Below are positions 21,501 through 31,109 of a stretch of DNA of 64,000 nt, one piece after another (the stretch's first letter is position 1; every line of letters begins with the position of its first letter). The stretch spans positions 6,614 through 70,613 of the forward strand of contig JAZSQU010000017.1 in assembly GCA_045538095.1 (NCBI GenBank), read 5' to 3'. The notes below the pieces were generated by a model. It was not told where the DNA came from. It saw only the letters and a list, made by a program, of their open reading frames with translations, and made no database searches. Source of the stretch: Acutalibacteraceae bacterium. Lineage in GTDB: Bacteria > Bacillota > Clostridia > Oscillospirales > Acutalibacteraceae. The position numbers and the translations under genes were made by a program.

Positions 21501-22044
21501 ACAGTCAAAATTCATTCCTGCAGTAACCTTCAAGAATTATCCCAACCAGACAGAGTATGACAATGCATACAGCAGTTACATGGCTTCGGTTCCCGTTTCA
21601 GGTGCTCACTATCTTGTTATTCCCGGTCTTCAGGACAGCGACATCAAGTCAATTGAAGTAGTGGATAATGGTTCATACACCTATGATATCAAGCTCACTC
21701 TCAACGATGAATATATGGCTGCACCTCCCACCAGACCCAGCGACACTGCTCACGGAAAGGTATTCGATATTCTCGAAAACAGCTATCTTCAGAAAATTCA
21801 GTCCGGTCTTGAATCATCAGGTTCAGGAATGTCATTGAAGTACTCAGCATTCAGACAGACCTACAACAACAGCACCTTCACAGTTTCCTACAACAAGGTT
21901 ACAGGCAAAATTACGAATATCAATTACGATATGAATGTTCACGTTGAAATCATTGACCTTAAGCTTTCAATGACACTTATAACTGCAATCGATTCAACAG
22001 TAACCTTCGACGTAAACAACCTTGTTAACTATGAGGTAAAATAA
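18580..22044 (+). CDS. Large secreted protein with fibronectin-III-like repeats and Big_2 (bacterial Ig-like) domains
   Basis: 1154 aa with a signal peptide. About six LSW..V.GA.GYQV...Y.F.VRAY units, then SSSNT.VA.....G.I.A...G...IT Big_2-like units. Confidence 0.75.
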   Translation: MKTNKTPRLLALLLSVILVMGTFCIPASAAAKSIKNATLTVATAIYTGKALKPTVKVKLSGKTLNSKYYTVSYSNNKNIGKGTVTVKGKNGYSGSVKKTFKIVPNKVSGITTATNSNTVKLSWKTVKGATHYQVYMYEGGEWVRKATTKSLSVKIGDLSGGKTYTFKIRAYKKVSGEYYTGSFSSNTKATTKLPAPKNFKATSGDKSIKLSWSKVSGADGYQVWLHDGKDWTDAKNTSKNSYTFSSLKSGVVYAFKVRAYINSSSKVYGSYASTIKASTALGAVTGLEVSDIKVNSAKISWDKVTGADSYQIEKENEVGDVTSYTTTKTSYNLTGLTDTTWVTVTVRAYSEASKSYGKAAKISFPAKPNAPDKIVVSNITENSAKLDFSLSTNRSGFVVYLHQLDKNGETLKRTKVADTKLSTTVKDLEGATKYRFEVCSYNKYDGEYTYSDPVYSEIFTTLPGKLKDLKAISSKDVISLSWTLQSGADGYEVYDGNKALLEELSSDKNIYTAYSLEEGKDYTFFVRAFIKNEKGEKVYGDYTEVSASTTGTKLTGLSFTNKTTKLSKGETFQTEVRIEPETAENFTLSYSSSNTAVAIINNSGIITAVAEGSTKITVSNADGSISDSFTLSVEDIKLQSVSVNSSYTVNVNESVAIVPTFKPSNVSDKSFTLSGKDYSYTYKAGLFGTQTKTDTCKFDDYFFIDTKNGRLLAKQATVEPKTGNAFSFTVTLTASGGKTATFKISSTTRLISVYYAGEDNPWYYGNSAKLSADVDSEAGFRADSLIWSSSNTKVATVSSDGMVNCIGTGEVTITATAPVGTKSHSITFYVREVLTLNKDYYENCRIGESYQLSVDIKPSSSGAKVLYLSSDPETATVSTTGKVTFKKNGHVEIYVSSDLTDTVKAVLTTGSCTLPEGSKSKLLSVLEDSANKIKTQMPALYLSTLPTFTNVKIHKEGSFKTDDLVGIFESFASSQSKFIPAVTFKNYPNQTEYDNAYSSYMASVPVSGAHYLVIPGLQDSDIKSIEVVDNGSYTYDIKLTLNDEYMAAPPTRPSDTAHGKVFDILENSYLQKIQSGLESSGSGMSLKYSAFRQTYNNSTFTVSYNKVTGKITNINYDMNVHVEIIDLKLSMTLITAIDSTVTFDVNNLVNYEVK

Positions 22045-22055
22045 AATAATCATAA

Positions 22056-22083
22056 AAGGCACCTGTCGTGGTGCCTTTTTTCA
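22056..22083 (+). terminator. Rho-independent terminator
   Basis: Arms aaggcacc and ggtgcctt with loop tgtcgt, followed by a T-run. Confidence 0.8.
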
Positions 22084-22145
22084 TTTACAAAACTTCACTG
22101 TTATGATATAATGTATAAGTTAACACTTAAAAAGAGGTGAAACAG

Positions 22146-23417
22146 ATGAAAGCACCCTTAGCGGACAGAATCCGCCCTCAGACTATTGACGATATGGTGG
22201 GACAGCGCCACCTTTTAGGCGAAGGCAAAGCACTGCGCAATATAATTGAATCCGGCGAGCTGCCCAACCTTATTTTTTACGGCCCGTCAGGCATCGGCAA
22301 AACTACCCTGGCTTCAATTATCGCACTCTCGACCAACCGAAAATTTCATAAGCTTAACGGCACCTCAGCCTCAACAGCTGACATAAAGGCAATTGTTCAG
22401 GAGCTTGATACACTTTCAGCACCTAACGGAATTCTCCTTTATCTCGACGAGATTCAATACTTCAATAAAAAGCAGCAGCAGACTCTGCTTGACTATATCG
22501 AACGAGGCGAAATTACACTTATTGCTTCCACAACGGAAAACCCATACTTCTATATTCACGGTGCTATTCTCAGCCGTTCAACGGTTTTTGAATTCAAGAG
22601 CATCACTCCTACGGACATCATCCCTGCCGTTGAAAGAGCCTTCCGTTTTCTTGCAGAAGACAGAAACGTCACCATTGAAGTGCCTGACGATGTTACAAGC
22701 TATATTGCTTATGCCTGTGGCGGCGACGTCAGAAAAGCTATGAATTCTGCAGAGCTCTGTGTACTCAGTACTCTTCCCGACAACGAGGGCAAGGTAGTTA
22801 TTACAAGAGAAAAGGCTGAAGAACTTACACAAAAAAGCGCTATGAAGTATGACAGAGAGGGCGATGAGCACTATGACATTCTCTCTGCTTTTCAGAAAAG
22901 TATGCGTGGCTCTGACCCTGATGCGGCTCTTCATTATCTCGGCAGACTTCTTGAAGCAGGTGACCTGCCCTCAGCTACAAGACGCCTTCTTGTGTGTGCA
23001 AATGAGGATGTAGGTCTTGCCTATCCCATGATTATTCCTATTGTAAAAGCAGCAGTTGATACGGCTCTTATGGTGGGTATGCCCGAAGCAAGAATTCCTC
23101 TTGCAAATGCCGTTGTGTTGGTGTGCAACTCACCTAAGTCCAACAGCGCCTATATGGGTATAAATGAGGCGATGAATGATATCAGACGCGGTAATACAGG
23201 CCCTATACCAAGACAGCTTCAGAACAAGCATTTTGACGGTGAGGACAACAATGATAAAGGTCAGTTCTATAAATACCCGCACGATTATCCTCACCACTAC
23301 ACCACTCAGCAGTATCTGCCCGACATTATAAAGCACAAGAAATATTATGTTTACGGTGACAACAAAAACGAGCAGGCTGCAAAAGATTACTGGGATAAAA
23401 TCAAAGGAGAAAAGTAA
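22146..23417 (+). CDS. rarA: Replication-associated recombination protein A (AAA+ ATPase)
   Basis: Walker A GPSGIGKTT; MgsA/RarA C-terminal domain. ATG 22146 with AGAGGTG upstream is preferred over GTG 22137. Confidence 0.85.
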   Translation: MKAPLADRIRPQTIDDMVGQRHLLGEGKALRNIIESGELPNLIFYGPSGIGKTTLASIIALSTNRKFHKLNGTSASTADIKAIVQELDTLSAPNGILLYLDEIQYFNKKQQQTLLDYIERGEITLIASTTENPYFYIHGAILSRSTVFEFKSITPTDIIPAVERAFRFLAEDRNVTIEVPDDVTSYIAYACGGDVRKAMNSAELCVLSTLPDNEGKVVITREKAEELTQKSAMKYDREGDEHYDILSAFQKSMRGSDPDAALHYLGRLLEAGDLPSATRRLLVCANEDVGLAYPMIIPIVKAAVDTALMVGMPEARIPLANAVVLVCNSPKSNSAYMGINEAMNDIRRGNTGPIPRQLQNKHFDGEDNNDKGQFYKYPHDYPHHYTTQQYLPDIIKHKKYYVYGDNKNEQAAKDYWDKIKGEK

Positions 23418-24322
23418 TGGAATACGCTAAGAAAGCGGAAAGCAAATTCGGTAAATACATTTTCTGCTACTTTGTGGGCAACGGTGAAAATCAGGAAAGA
23501 ATTCACCTTGCAGTAAGTGAAGACGGTTACAACTTCACTCCGCTTAACGACAACAAGCCCGTCATCACTCAGACGAAGGGCAAAAAATGTGTCCGCGACC
23601 CGTACATCTTCAAGGGTCAGGACAACTGCTACTATATTATCGGTACAGATATGCGCTGTGAGGAAGGTTGGGAGTCCAATCACGCTCTCGTTACCTGGAA
23701 GTCAGAAGACCTTATAAAGTGGACAGATGAAACCATAATTGACATAAAAGCTCTCGGTGAAAAGTACAAAAACACAACAAGGGCGTGGGCACCTCAGGCG
23801 ATCTGGGACGAAAAAGAAAAGGCCTATATGATTTATTGGGCACACTCCACAAAGGAACAGAACACTGCAGGAATGTACTATGCTCATTCCAAGGATATGA
23901 AAACCATAACTGAGCCGAAGTCTCTTTACTGCAGAGATGTGCAGACCATTGACGGTGATATTGCGTACAATAGTAAAAACGGCAAGTACTATCTTTACTT
24001 CAAGCATGAGGAAAAGCAGGCTATTGCTTATGTAACCTCAAATAATCTCACAGGCCCTTATGAGGACAAACCCGTTATTGTTTCCCTTTCAAAGGAAGGC
24101 GTTGAAGGCAGCGAAATTTACCCCATAAACGGCACTGACACCTTCGTTATGGTTATGGACGAATACAGCACCGATATTTTCTTTATGCAGCAGACGGAGG
24201 ATTTTGAAAACTTTCTGCCCGTAAGAAGAGAGGACTACTCTATGGACTTTCATCCGAGACACGGCTCAATCTGTGCGATTACGGATGAGGAGTATGAAAA
24301 TCTCCTTAAGGCAAAGTTTTAA
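23417..24322 (+). CDS. Glycoside hydrolase family 43-like protein
   Basis: 301 aa. VRDPYIF, WAPQ and the five-bladed propeller pattern. Its start overlaps the rarA stop (TAATG). Confidence 0.7.
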   Translation: MEYAKKAESKFGKYIFCYFVGNGENQERIHLAVSEDGYNFTPLNDNKPVITQTKGKKCVRDPYIFKGQDNCYYIIGTDMRCEEGWESNHALVTWKSEDLIKWTDETIIDIKALGEKYKNTTRAWAPQAIWDEKEKAYMIYWAHSTKEQNTAGMYYAHSKDMKTITEPKSLYCRDVQTIDGDIAYNSKNGKYYLYFKHEEKQAIAYVTSNNLTGPYEDKPVIVSLSKEGVEGSEIYPINGTDTFVMVMDEYSTDIFFMQQTEDFENFLPVRREDYSMDFHPRHGSICAITDEEYENLLKAKF

Positions 24323-24330
24323 GCAAAGCA

Positions 24331-24359
24331 AAACGGCAACCTCAGGTTGCCGTTTTTTC
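24331..24359. terminator. Bidirectional terminator between convergent genes
   Basis: Arms cggcaacc (24334-24341) and ggttgccg (24345-24352), flanked by an A-run and a T-run. Confidence 0.8.
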
Positions 24360-24369
24360 ATTTTGTGTT

Positions 24370-25773
24370 TTATATCTTTCCAAGCTTACTGAGAATATTC
24401 TTGTCGCAGGTGTCACCCATTGAGCCGATTTCATCCCAGAGCTTATCTGCCTTTTTCTTCCATTCAGCAAAGCCTGCAGGAGTTTCGGGATATGCATCAT
24501 AGAGGGCAGAAACTCTGATGAACTGTGTAAGACTCTTTACGATGTCCTTTATGTAATCGCCTCTCAACTTGCCCGTTACAACACCGAAGGAGAGATTTTT
24601 GAGAATATTGAGAACATCAGGCACAGTTATATCAAGGTCGTTTCCTCCGCCGCCGAGAATTTTCTGTGAGAAGAGTGTGTCTGTTTTGAACATATACTCT
24701 GCCTCGTCATAGGTACAGCCTACAATACCGATAAGAAGAGGTCTCAGCGCATCAAAATCCTTACCCTGAACTTTCATATATTTTTTGTTGATAGGCCACA
24801 TATTTTCCTTTGTAAGCTCCTTATTCTGATTGAGAAGACGGGAGATTACATCAACTGCAATTCTTGCCTGATAAAGTGAGGAGCTGCAGCCTTCGCCGCA
24901 GGTGGGCTTTGTAAGCTGAGCAGTGTCACCCATAGCAATAAAGTTGTCATCAACAAATGAGTAAAGGCTTCTGTAGTAAGGAGTCATACCCTTTTCAATT
25001 TTTTCAACAGTATATTCCGGCCAGGGCACATTCTTTCTGAAGTCCTTGAAAATTTCCTCAGCATATTCGTAGCAGTAGTTACCGCCTATACCTAAAATTG
25101 CACCATTGGGGTCACCTGAGGGTGCAGACCATGCCTTGTAGTTGAGGAAGAAGGTATGAAGCTTCATGGGGTCAACGTTTGCATCTTTATATTTTACATA
25201 ATAAAGCACAACATAGAAAATGTTCTTGGGGTCAAGAACTTTGTTTTCAACAACAGAAGTGTCGGGAAGCATTCTTCTCGCTGCAGAGGGTATACCCGTA
25301 CAGTCGGCTACAAGCTTACAGTAAACTTCTTTTTCAGCTTTTGCAGTTTTGTATTTTGCACCGATGATTTTTCCCTTTTCGTCACGGATAAAGTCGGTGA
25401 AAGCTGCACCGTAGATTATCTTTGCACCGGCTTCTTCAGCCTTTTTGTTCATCTTCATAATCTGCTCGTGCTTATGCATACCGATAATGGGATTACCTAC
25501 ACCAACCTTTTCATGGTTGCCATAGGGCGATTTGCCACCGGTTGAACCGAATTCAAAGCCGTATTCAACGTCACCTTCATTTGGAAGCTCAAGGCCGAAT
25601 TTCTGCATTTCGTATTTTTCCATATGGAAAATGTCGTACTCTCTTGAAACGTCCTTCGGCTTCTGCTTTTCAATTACAAGCACCTTGTGGCCTCTTTTTG
25701 CCATTTCTCTTGCAAACCATGCACCCGTTGTGGAAGCACCGGCAACAAGAATATCATAAGTTTCTGCTTTCAT
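24370..25773 (-). CDS. FAD-dependent oxidoreductase (geranylgeranyl-reductase-like fold)
   Basis: 467 aa. N-terminal dinucleotide-binding motif DILVAGASTTGAWFA...VLVIEK. Confidence 0.55.
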   Translation of the reverse strand: MKAETYDILVAGASTTGAWFAREMAKRGHKVLVIEKQKPKDVSREYDIFHMEKYEMQKFGLELPNEGDVEYGFEFGSTGGKSPYGNHEKVGVGNPIIGMHKHEQIMKMNKKAEEAGAKIIYGAAFTDFIRDEKGKIIGAKYKTAKAEKEVYCKLVADCTGIPSAARRMLPDTSVVENKVLDPKNIFYVVLYYVKYKDANVDPMKLHTFFLNYKAWSAPSGDPNGAILGIGGNYCYEYAEEIFKDFRKNVPWPEYTVEKIEKGMTPYYRSLYSFVDDNFIAMGDTAQLTKPTCGEGCSSSLYQARIAVDVISRLLNQNKELTKENMWPINKKYMKVQGKDFDALRPLLIGIVGCTYDEAEYMFKTDTLFSQKILGGGGNDLDITVPDVLNILKNLSFGVVTGKLRGDYIKDIVKSLTQFIRVSALYDAYPETPAGFAEWKKKADKLWDEIGSMGDTCDKNILSKLGKI

Positions 25774-25859
25774 TTTTCACTTCTCCTTTTTATGTATTAT
25801 TGTATATTTAAATAATACCACTATTTTTCATAACTTTCAATCAGCGATTTCTATAAAAG

Positions 25860-26471
25860 TCAGCGCCCACTTTTGTTACTTAATTTAATTTCCTGTAATT
25901 TTTCTGCAATCCAGAAACGAACTTCATATTTGGGCTTTGAAGAAACAAGCTTTATTTCCTTGGCTGTCAGCACATCTGAAAGAATGTCTTCTCTTTTTTC
26001 CGCAGCAGGCAGACACAACGGCGGAAAAAGAACGCACCACCAGTTTTTGCCCTTTCCTTCGCCGATAATCACCTTAAGGCTTTTATATGTTCCTGCAGGC
26101 AAAGTAAGATTTCCATAGCTTTTCGTCGGGAAATAGGAAGGCTCTGCCCTGACTTCCACAGAGTAGTTGCTACCCTCTTCCTTTATCACTTTTTCCGTGA
26201 GAATTGAAAGTTCACCGAGAGCATTCTTCAGATTTTGCTCTGCTTCTTCAGTGCTTTCAGAAAGGGTAAAAAGCTCACCGCTTTCTTCAATTATTCTGTC
26301 TCTTACCTTCAGCTTTAATTCCTGGTCAGCTACACTGTCGGAGTTTGCAATTACGTGAAGCCTCAGCACTTTTTCTCTTATGCTGTCGCAATCCTTTTCA
26401 AAGGAAAAACAGCTGATTATACAGATGAAAAGGGAAAGAACAATTGCAAGTTCAATAAGTTTCAGTTTCAT
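25860..26471 (-). CDS. spoIIR: Stage II sporulation protein R
   Basis: LRLHVIANSDS and NWWCVLFPPLC motifs. Start likely ATG 26471 (MKLKLIELAIVL...); the ORF track start 26489 is an alternative. Confidence 0.85.
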   Translation of the reverse strand: MKLKLIELAIVLSLFICIISCFSFEKDCDSIREKVLRLHVIANSDSVADQELKLKVRDRIIEESGELFTLSESTEEAEQNLKNALGELSILTEKVIKEEGSNYSVEVRAEPSYFPTKSYGNLTLPAGTYKSLKVIIGEGKGKNWWCVLFPPLCLPAAEKREDILSDVLTAKEIKLVSSKPKYEVRFWIAEKLQEIKLSNKSGR

Positions 26472-26616
26472 TTTATGTATACCTCTCATTTTTCTTATAT
26501 CCTACTTTTGGCAAAAAGAAAGGGAAATATTCAAAGTAATGGCAATCTTTTCTTCTGTCTATTGACAAACCGATTTTATAAATATAAGATAAGATTAGGT
26601 AAAGGAGCGAAGGAAT

Positions 26617-27267
26617 ATGAGTAAATTCAGATATATAATGTGGGATTGGAACGGCACGTTGCTTGACGATTTGAGAGCTAATTTTGAAACTATCAATAAG
26701 CTTCTCACTGACAGAAGCCTTCCCGAAATGAAGTCTGTTGAGGAGTACCGTAGTCTTTTTTGCTTTCCCGTAATCGGCTTTTATGAAAAAACAGGCTTCG
26801 ACCTTGAAAGCGAAAGGTTCGAGGATATTGCAAAGGACTATGTAAGAGAATACTACAACCGCTTTTTCGAATGTGAGCTTTTTCCTGAAAGCGAAGAAAT
26901 TCTCAGATATATTCTTACAAGCGGCAGAGAACAGCTTATTGTTTCTGCAACGGAGCAGGAGTCGCTTTTAAAGCAGGTTGAAGAATTCGGCATTGACCAC
27001 CTTTTTACGGAGGTTCTCGGAATGGGTGACATTTATGCACGAAGCAAGGTTCAGCTTGCAGAGCGTTGGATGAAAGAAAACGGTGTCAATCCTTCAGAGG
27101 TGCTTTTTATCGGCGACACCACCCACGACTTTGAGGTAGCAAGAAGTATCGGCTGCAGCTGTGTGCTTATTCCTTCGGGCCACAACTCAGAAGAACGGCT
27201 TAATCTCACGGGCTGTACCGTTCTCAAAAGTATCAAAGACGTTAAAAACTATTTAGAGGAGAATTGA
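26617..27267 (+). CDS. HAD-superfamily hydrolase (phosphoglycolate-phosphatase-like)
   Basis: 216 aa. Motif I reads WDWNGTL (the second Asp is replaced by Asn); motif IV is GDTTHD. Confidence 0.7.
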   Translation: MSKFRYIMWDWNGTLLDDLRANFETINKLLTDRSLPEMKSVEEYRSLFCFPVIGFYEKTGFDLESERFEDIAKDYVREYYNRFFECELFPESEEILRYILTSGREQLIVSATEQESLLKQVEEFGIDHLFTEVLGMGDIYARSKVQLAERWMKENGVNPSEVLFIGDTTHDFEVARSIGCSCVLIPSGHNSEERLNLTGCTVLKSIKDVKNYLEEN

Positions 27268-27268
27268 A

Positions 27269-28372
27269 ATGAAAAAGCTTATTGTTGCCTGCGACTCCTT
27301 CAAAGGCACTATGTCCTCAGTAAGGGTTTTTGAAATCATAAAAGAAGTGCTTACATCAAAGTACGATGATATGGAAGTAATCGGTGTACCTATGGCTGAC
27401 GGCGGTGAAGGTACCGTTGAAGCTTTTCTCTGTGCACTGGGCGGCGAAATGAAGTATACTACCGTAAAAAGTCCTCTTATGAGAGATATTGAAAGCTTTT
27501 ACGGAGTCCTTCCTGACGGCACGGCAGTAATTGAGCTTGCTGCTGCAAGCGGCATCACTATTGAAAATGAACGCGACGCAGTAAACACTACTACCTACGG
27601 CACAGGTCAGCTTATTCTTGAAGCTATAAAAAGCGGCGCAAAAAAGGTGATTTTAGGCATCGGCGGCAGTGCCACAACAGACGGTGGTATGGGCGCAGCA
27701 GCAGCTTTGGGAGCAAAATTTCTCGACAAAGACGGCAGAGAAGTGCCTCTCACCGGCAAAGGTCTCTCTATGGTTGAAACAGTAAACCTGAGTGGTATCC
27801 CACAAATTGTAAAAGATACTGAAATCACTGTGCTTTGCGATGTGGACAATCCTCTTTACGGCATAAACGGTGCTGCTTATGTTTACTCACCTCAGAAGGG
27901 TGCTGATACAAAAACCGTCGAATATCTCGACAACGGTCTTCGCAACCTTGCTGAAAAGGCCGAAAAAGCTCTCGGCAAAGATTTCTCAAAGATAAAGGGT
28001 GCAGGTGCTGCAGGCGGTCTCGGATTCGGTATGATAAGCTTTCTTTCAGCTTCACTGGTAAGCGGAAGTGAGTGTATCCTCAGTATGACCGACTTTGAAA
28101 GAAAAGCAAAGGAAGCAGACCTTGTCATAACCGGCGAAGGTAAAATGGATTTTCAGAGTGTTATGGGTAAGGTGCCTTTTGCCGTTGCAAAGAAAAGTGG
28201 CGGCACAAAGGTAATTGCCGTTGTGGGACTTAATGAAGCAAAGATAAGCGATATTCAAAACAACGGCATAAGCGAGGTTTATGAAACCAACCCCCTTCAT
28301 CTGCCTTTCAAAGAAATAAAAAACAAAGCAGAAGAAATGCTAAGAGAAACTGCCGAAAAAATTGTTCTCTGA
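27269..28372 (+). CDS. Glycerate kinase
   Basis: 367 aa. MKKLIVACDSFKGT... and the GEGKMD motif are typical of GlxK/GarK. Confidence 0.85.
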   Translation: MKKLIVACDSFKGTMSSVRVFEIIKEVLTSKYDDMEVIGVPMADGGEGTVEAFLCALGGEMKYTTVKSPLMRDIESFYGVLPDGTAVIELAAASGITIENERDAVNTTTYGTGQLILEAIKSGAKKVILGIGGSATTDGGMGAAAALGAKFLDKDGREVPLTGKGLSMVETVNLSGIPQIVKDTEITVLCDVDNPLYGINGAAYVYSPQKGADTKTVEYLDNGLRNLAEKAEKALGKDFSKIKGAGAAGGLGFGMISFLSASLVSGSECILSMTDFERKAKEADLVITGEGKMDFQSVMGKVPFAVAKKSGGTKVIAVVGLNEAKISDIQNNGISEVYETNPLHLPFKEIKNKAEEMLRETAEKIVL

Positions 28373-28474
28373 CAAGGAAAAATTTACTTATTTGTATTGA
28401 TTTATTTTTGTTTTTGTGGCTTAATATATAGTGGTAAACTTTGAAAACAGAATTTCTTAAAAGGAGTACATAAA

Positions 28475-29998
28475 ATGGAACAGATTAAAAGACTGAAGTA
28501 TTTTGTTGACGGTCAGTGGCTGGAATCAAAAACAGAAAAGTATATGCCTGTTTATAATCCCAGCACAGGTGAAGTTATTGCTGAAGCTCCCTGCTGCACT
28601 GCAGACGAGGTTGAAGCAGCAATCCAGTCAGCAAAGGCTGCTTTCCCCGCATGGTCAAACACACCCGTTATGAAGAGAACTCAGGTTCTCTATAAATTCC
28701 GTGAGCTTCTTATTGAACATATGGATGAGCTCAGTGAGCTTTGCGCTCTTGAACACGGTAAGGTTCTTTCAGAAGCAAAGGGTGACATTCTCAAGGTTAA
28801 GGAACCCGTTGAGCACGCACTTTCAGCTCCCTCACTTCTTATGGGCGACGCTATGAGAGATACTTCAAACGGCTACGACACAACTCTCTACTATGAACCC
28901 GTTGGTGTTTTCGGCGGTATCGTTCCCTTCAACTTCCCCGGTATGATTCCTATGGGCTGGATGGTTCCCTGCTGTATCGTTTCAGGTAACACCATTGTTC
29001 TTAAGCTGGCTTCAATGACACCGATGACAGCTATGAGACTCAACGAGCTCTTAGTTGAAGCAGGACTCCCCAAGGGTGTTGTAAACCTTGTAACCTGCAG
29101 CAGAAACGAAGCTGACCTTCTTCTCAAGCACCCCGACGTTAAGGGTATAACCTTCGTAGGCTCAACCTCAGTCGGTCTTCACGTATACAAAGAAGCTTCA
29201 GCAACAGGCAAGAGAGTTCAGTGCCTTTGCGAAGCTAAGAACCACGCACTCGTTCTCAACGATGCAGCTCTTGAAAGAACAGCAAGAGGTATTATCAACT
29301 CCTCATTCGGCTGTGCAGGCGAAAGATGTATGGCTCTTCCCGTTGTTGTTGCTCAGGAGGGTATTGCAGACAAGCTTGTAGCACTTCTCAAGAAGTTTGC
29401 TGAAGAGCTTACACTCGGCCCTGCTTATCTTCCCGAATCAAAGCTCGGCCCCGTTGTAACAGCTAAGCATAAGGAAAGCGTTATCAATTGGATCAACAAG
29501 GGTATTGAAGAAGGCGCAACTCTCGTTCTCGACGGTAGAGATGCAAAGGTTGAAGGCTACGAAAACGGCTTCTATGTAGGCCCCACAATTCTTGACAATG
29601 TAACTGAAGAAATGACAGTCGGTACTCAGGAAATCTTCGGACCCGTGCTCTGCATCAAAAGAGTCAAGACATTCGAGGAAGGCCTCAAGATTATGAACGA
29701 CAACCCCTTTGCTAACGGCTCAGTAATCTTCACACAGAATGGCTACTACGCAAGAGAATTTGCAAAGAGAACAGACGGCGGTATGGTTGGCGTTAACGTT
29801 GGTATTCCCGTACCCGTTGGCGTATTCCCCTTCACCGGTCACAAGCTCTCTTTCTTCGGTAACCTCCACTGTCTCGGTAAGGACGCATTCAGATTCTTCA
29901 CAGAAACAAAGGCTGTAACAACACGCTGGTTTGATGAAGAAGAAATGAAAGCTACAGAAGTTGACACATGGGACGGCTCCGTTGGCGGCGGCGAATAA
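28475..29998 (+). CDS. mmsA: CoA-acylating methylmalonate/malonate-semialdehyde dehydrogenase (ALDH family)
   Basis: 507 aa. ALDH catalytic region GCAGERCMA, and the MmsA/IolA-type N-terminus. Confidence 0.8.
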   Translation: MEQIKRLKYFVDGQWLESKTEKYMPVYNPSTGEVIAEAPCCTADEVEAAIQSAKAAFPAWSNTPVMKRTQVLYKFRELLIEHMDELSELCALEHGKVLSEAKGDILKVKEPVEHALSAPSLLMGDAMRDTSNGYDTTLYYEPVGVFGGIVPFNFPGMIPMGWMVPCCIVSGNTIVLKLASMTPMTAMRLNELLVEAGLPKGVVNLVTCSRNEADLLLKHPDVKGITFVGSTSVGLHVYKEASATGKRVQCLCEAKNHALVLNDAALERTARGIINSSFGCAGERCMALPVVVAQEGIADKLVALLKKFAEELTLGPAYLPESKLGPVVTAKHKESVINWINKGIEEGATLVLDGRDAKVEGYENGFYVGPTILDNVTEEMTVGTQEIFGPVLCIKRVKTFEEGLKIMNDNPFANGSVIFTQNGYYAREFAKRTDGGMVGVNVGIPVPVGVFPFTGHKLSFFGNLHCLGKDAFRFFTETKAVTTRWFDEEEMKATEVDTWDGSVGGGE

Positions 29999-30002
29999 AA
30001 TA

Positions 30003-30026
30003 AAAAGCTCCTTCGGGAGCTTTTTT
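30003..30026 (+). terminator. Rho-independent terminator of mmsA
   Basis: Arms aaaagctcc and ggagctttt with loop ttcg, then a T-run. Confidence 0.85.
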
Positions 30027-30198
30027 AGCTAAATTCGCTTTCAGCGAGCTAAATTGACCTTCGGTCAGCTAAATTACTTCGTAGCTAAATTGACCTGCAG
30101 TCAGCTGTTAAAGCGAATTTTATTTAGCTTTGCATTAGCAAAATTTAACTGTGAGCCTAAGCGAACAATTTAGCTGTTGCATCAGCAACTATTTAGCT
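30024..30198. repeat. Array of AGCTAAAT(T) words (4 direct, 3 inverted) interleaved with short hairpins
   Basis: agctaaatt at 30027, 30047, 30067 and 30083. The inverse word atttagct at 30122, 30169 and 30191. tttagctaaa (30024-30033) is a perfect 10-bp palindrome. Confidence 0.8.
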
Positions 30199-30245
30199 TT
30201 TCACTCTCACCGTTGCTAAACACTCTCTTTAACAATTATTCATTA

Positions 30246-30274
30246 AAAACAAAAACCGCCAAAGGCGGTTTTTG
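30246..30274. terminator. Bidirectional terminator
   Basis: Arms aaccgcc and ggcggtt with loop aaa, flanked by an A-run and a T-run. Confidence 0.8.
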
Positions 30275-31081
30275 TTATTCGTTCATACCGAGAACGTTCT
30301 TCTGCTTGCTATATTCAGCCTGGAAGTTCTTGTTAACCTCGTTAATCTGGTCAAGGCTTGTCTTTGCAACGTTCTGATAACCTGCAAGACTGTTGACAAC
30401 AAAGTCGTGTGCACCGTGAACAATGCCAACTGCCCAATCTCTTGTCTGTGCCTTAAGCTCGTTGCACTGAGCTGTTGCTTCGGCAATCATATTCTTAGCC
30501 TGAACTTCTGTGTTGGTCTTGATCTGTTCAGCCTGTTCTCTTGCCATACGGGTAATGCTGTGCTCCTGAACCATAGCTTCAGCCTGAGCCTTTGCACGCT
30601 TGAGAATTTCTTCAGCGTCCTTCTTACCCTTATCGGTTGTTGAAGCGTAGAAGCTTCTTGCGTTTGCAACGATTTCTGCTTCCTGCTTACGTGCGTTTGC
30701 AATAATCTCGTTTGCTTCTCTTGTTGCCTGGCTTACAATTGCAGCCTCGTTGTCAAGAATAGCCTTTGCGTCAATCATTTCCTGAGGGAACTTGTTCTGG
30801 ATGTACTGTGAAAGAGTTGCAATTTCCTCAGCTTCAACAACTCTCTTTTTCTTTGAGAAGAAGTACTTCTTACCTCTTGAAACAAGAGATTCCATTTCGA
30901 TTATGAGCTTATCGAATTCCATGCTACCCCACTTGTCCTCAGCAGCAGCTTCGTCGTAGGTACCGAATTCGGTAATTTCCTCGTATTCTTCCTCTGTTTC
31001 AATTGTGTTTGACTGAAGAGTTTCAAATTCTTCTTCAGCTTCTGTGTCAAGATCTGTTTCTAAATCATAAAAACGTGACAT
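30275..31081 (-). CDS. Acidic N-terminus plus long coiled-coil protein (ATP-synthase-b-like heptads); function unknown
   Basis: 268 aa. Long A/E/K/Q-rich helical region (ANARKQEAEIVANAR...AKAQAEAMV). Confidence 0.6.
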   Translation of the reverse strand: MSRFYDLETDLDTEAEEEFETLQSNTIETEEEYEEITEFGTYDEAAAEDKWGSMEFDKLIIEMESLVSRGKKYFFSKKKRVVEAEEIATLSQYIQNKFPQEMIDAKAILDNEAAIVSQATREANEIIANARKQEAEIVANARSFYASTTDKGKKDAEEILKRAKAQAEAMVQEHSITRMAREQAEQIKTNTEVQAKNMIAEATAQCNELKAQTRDWAVGIVHGAHDFVVNSLAGYQNVAKTSLDQINEVNKNFQAEYSKQKNVLGMNE

Positions 31082-31109
31082 TGATTTTCACCCTTTCTTT
31101 AGCTTTGCA

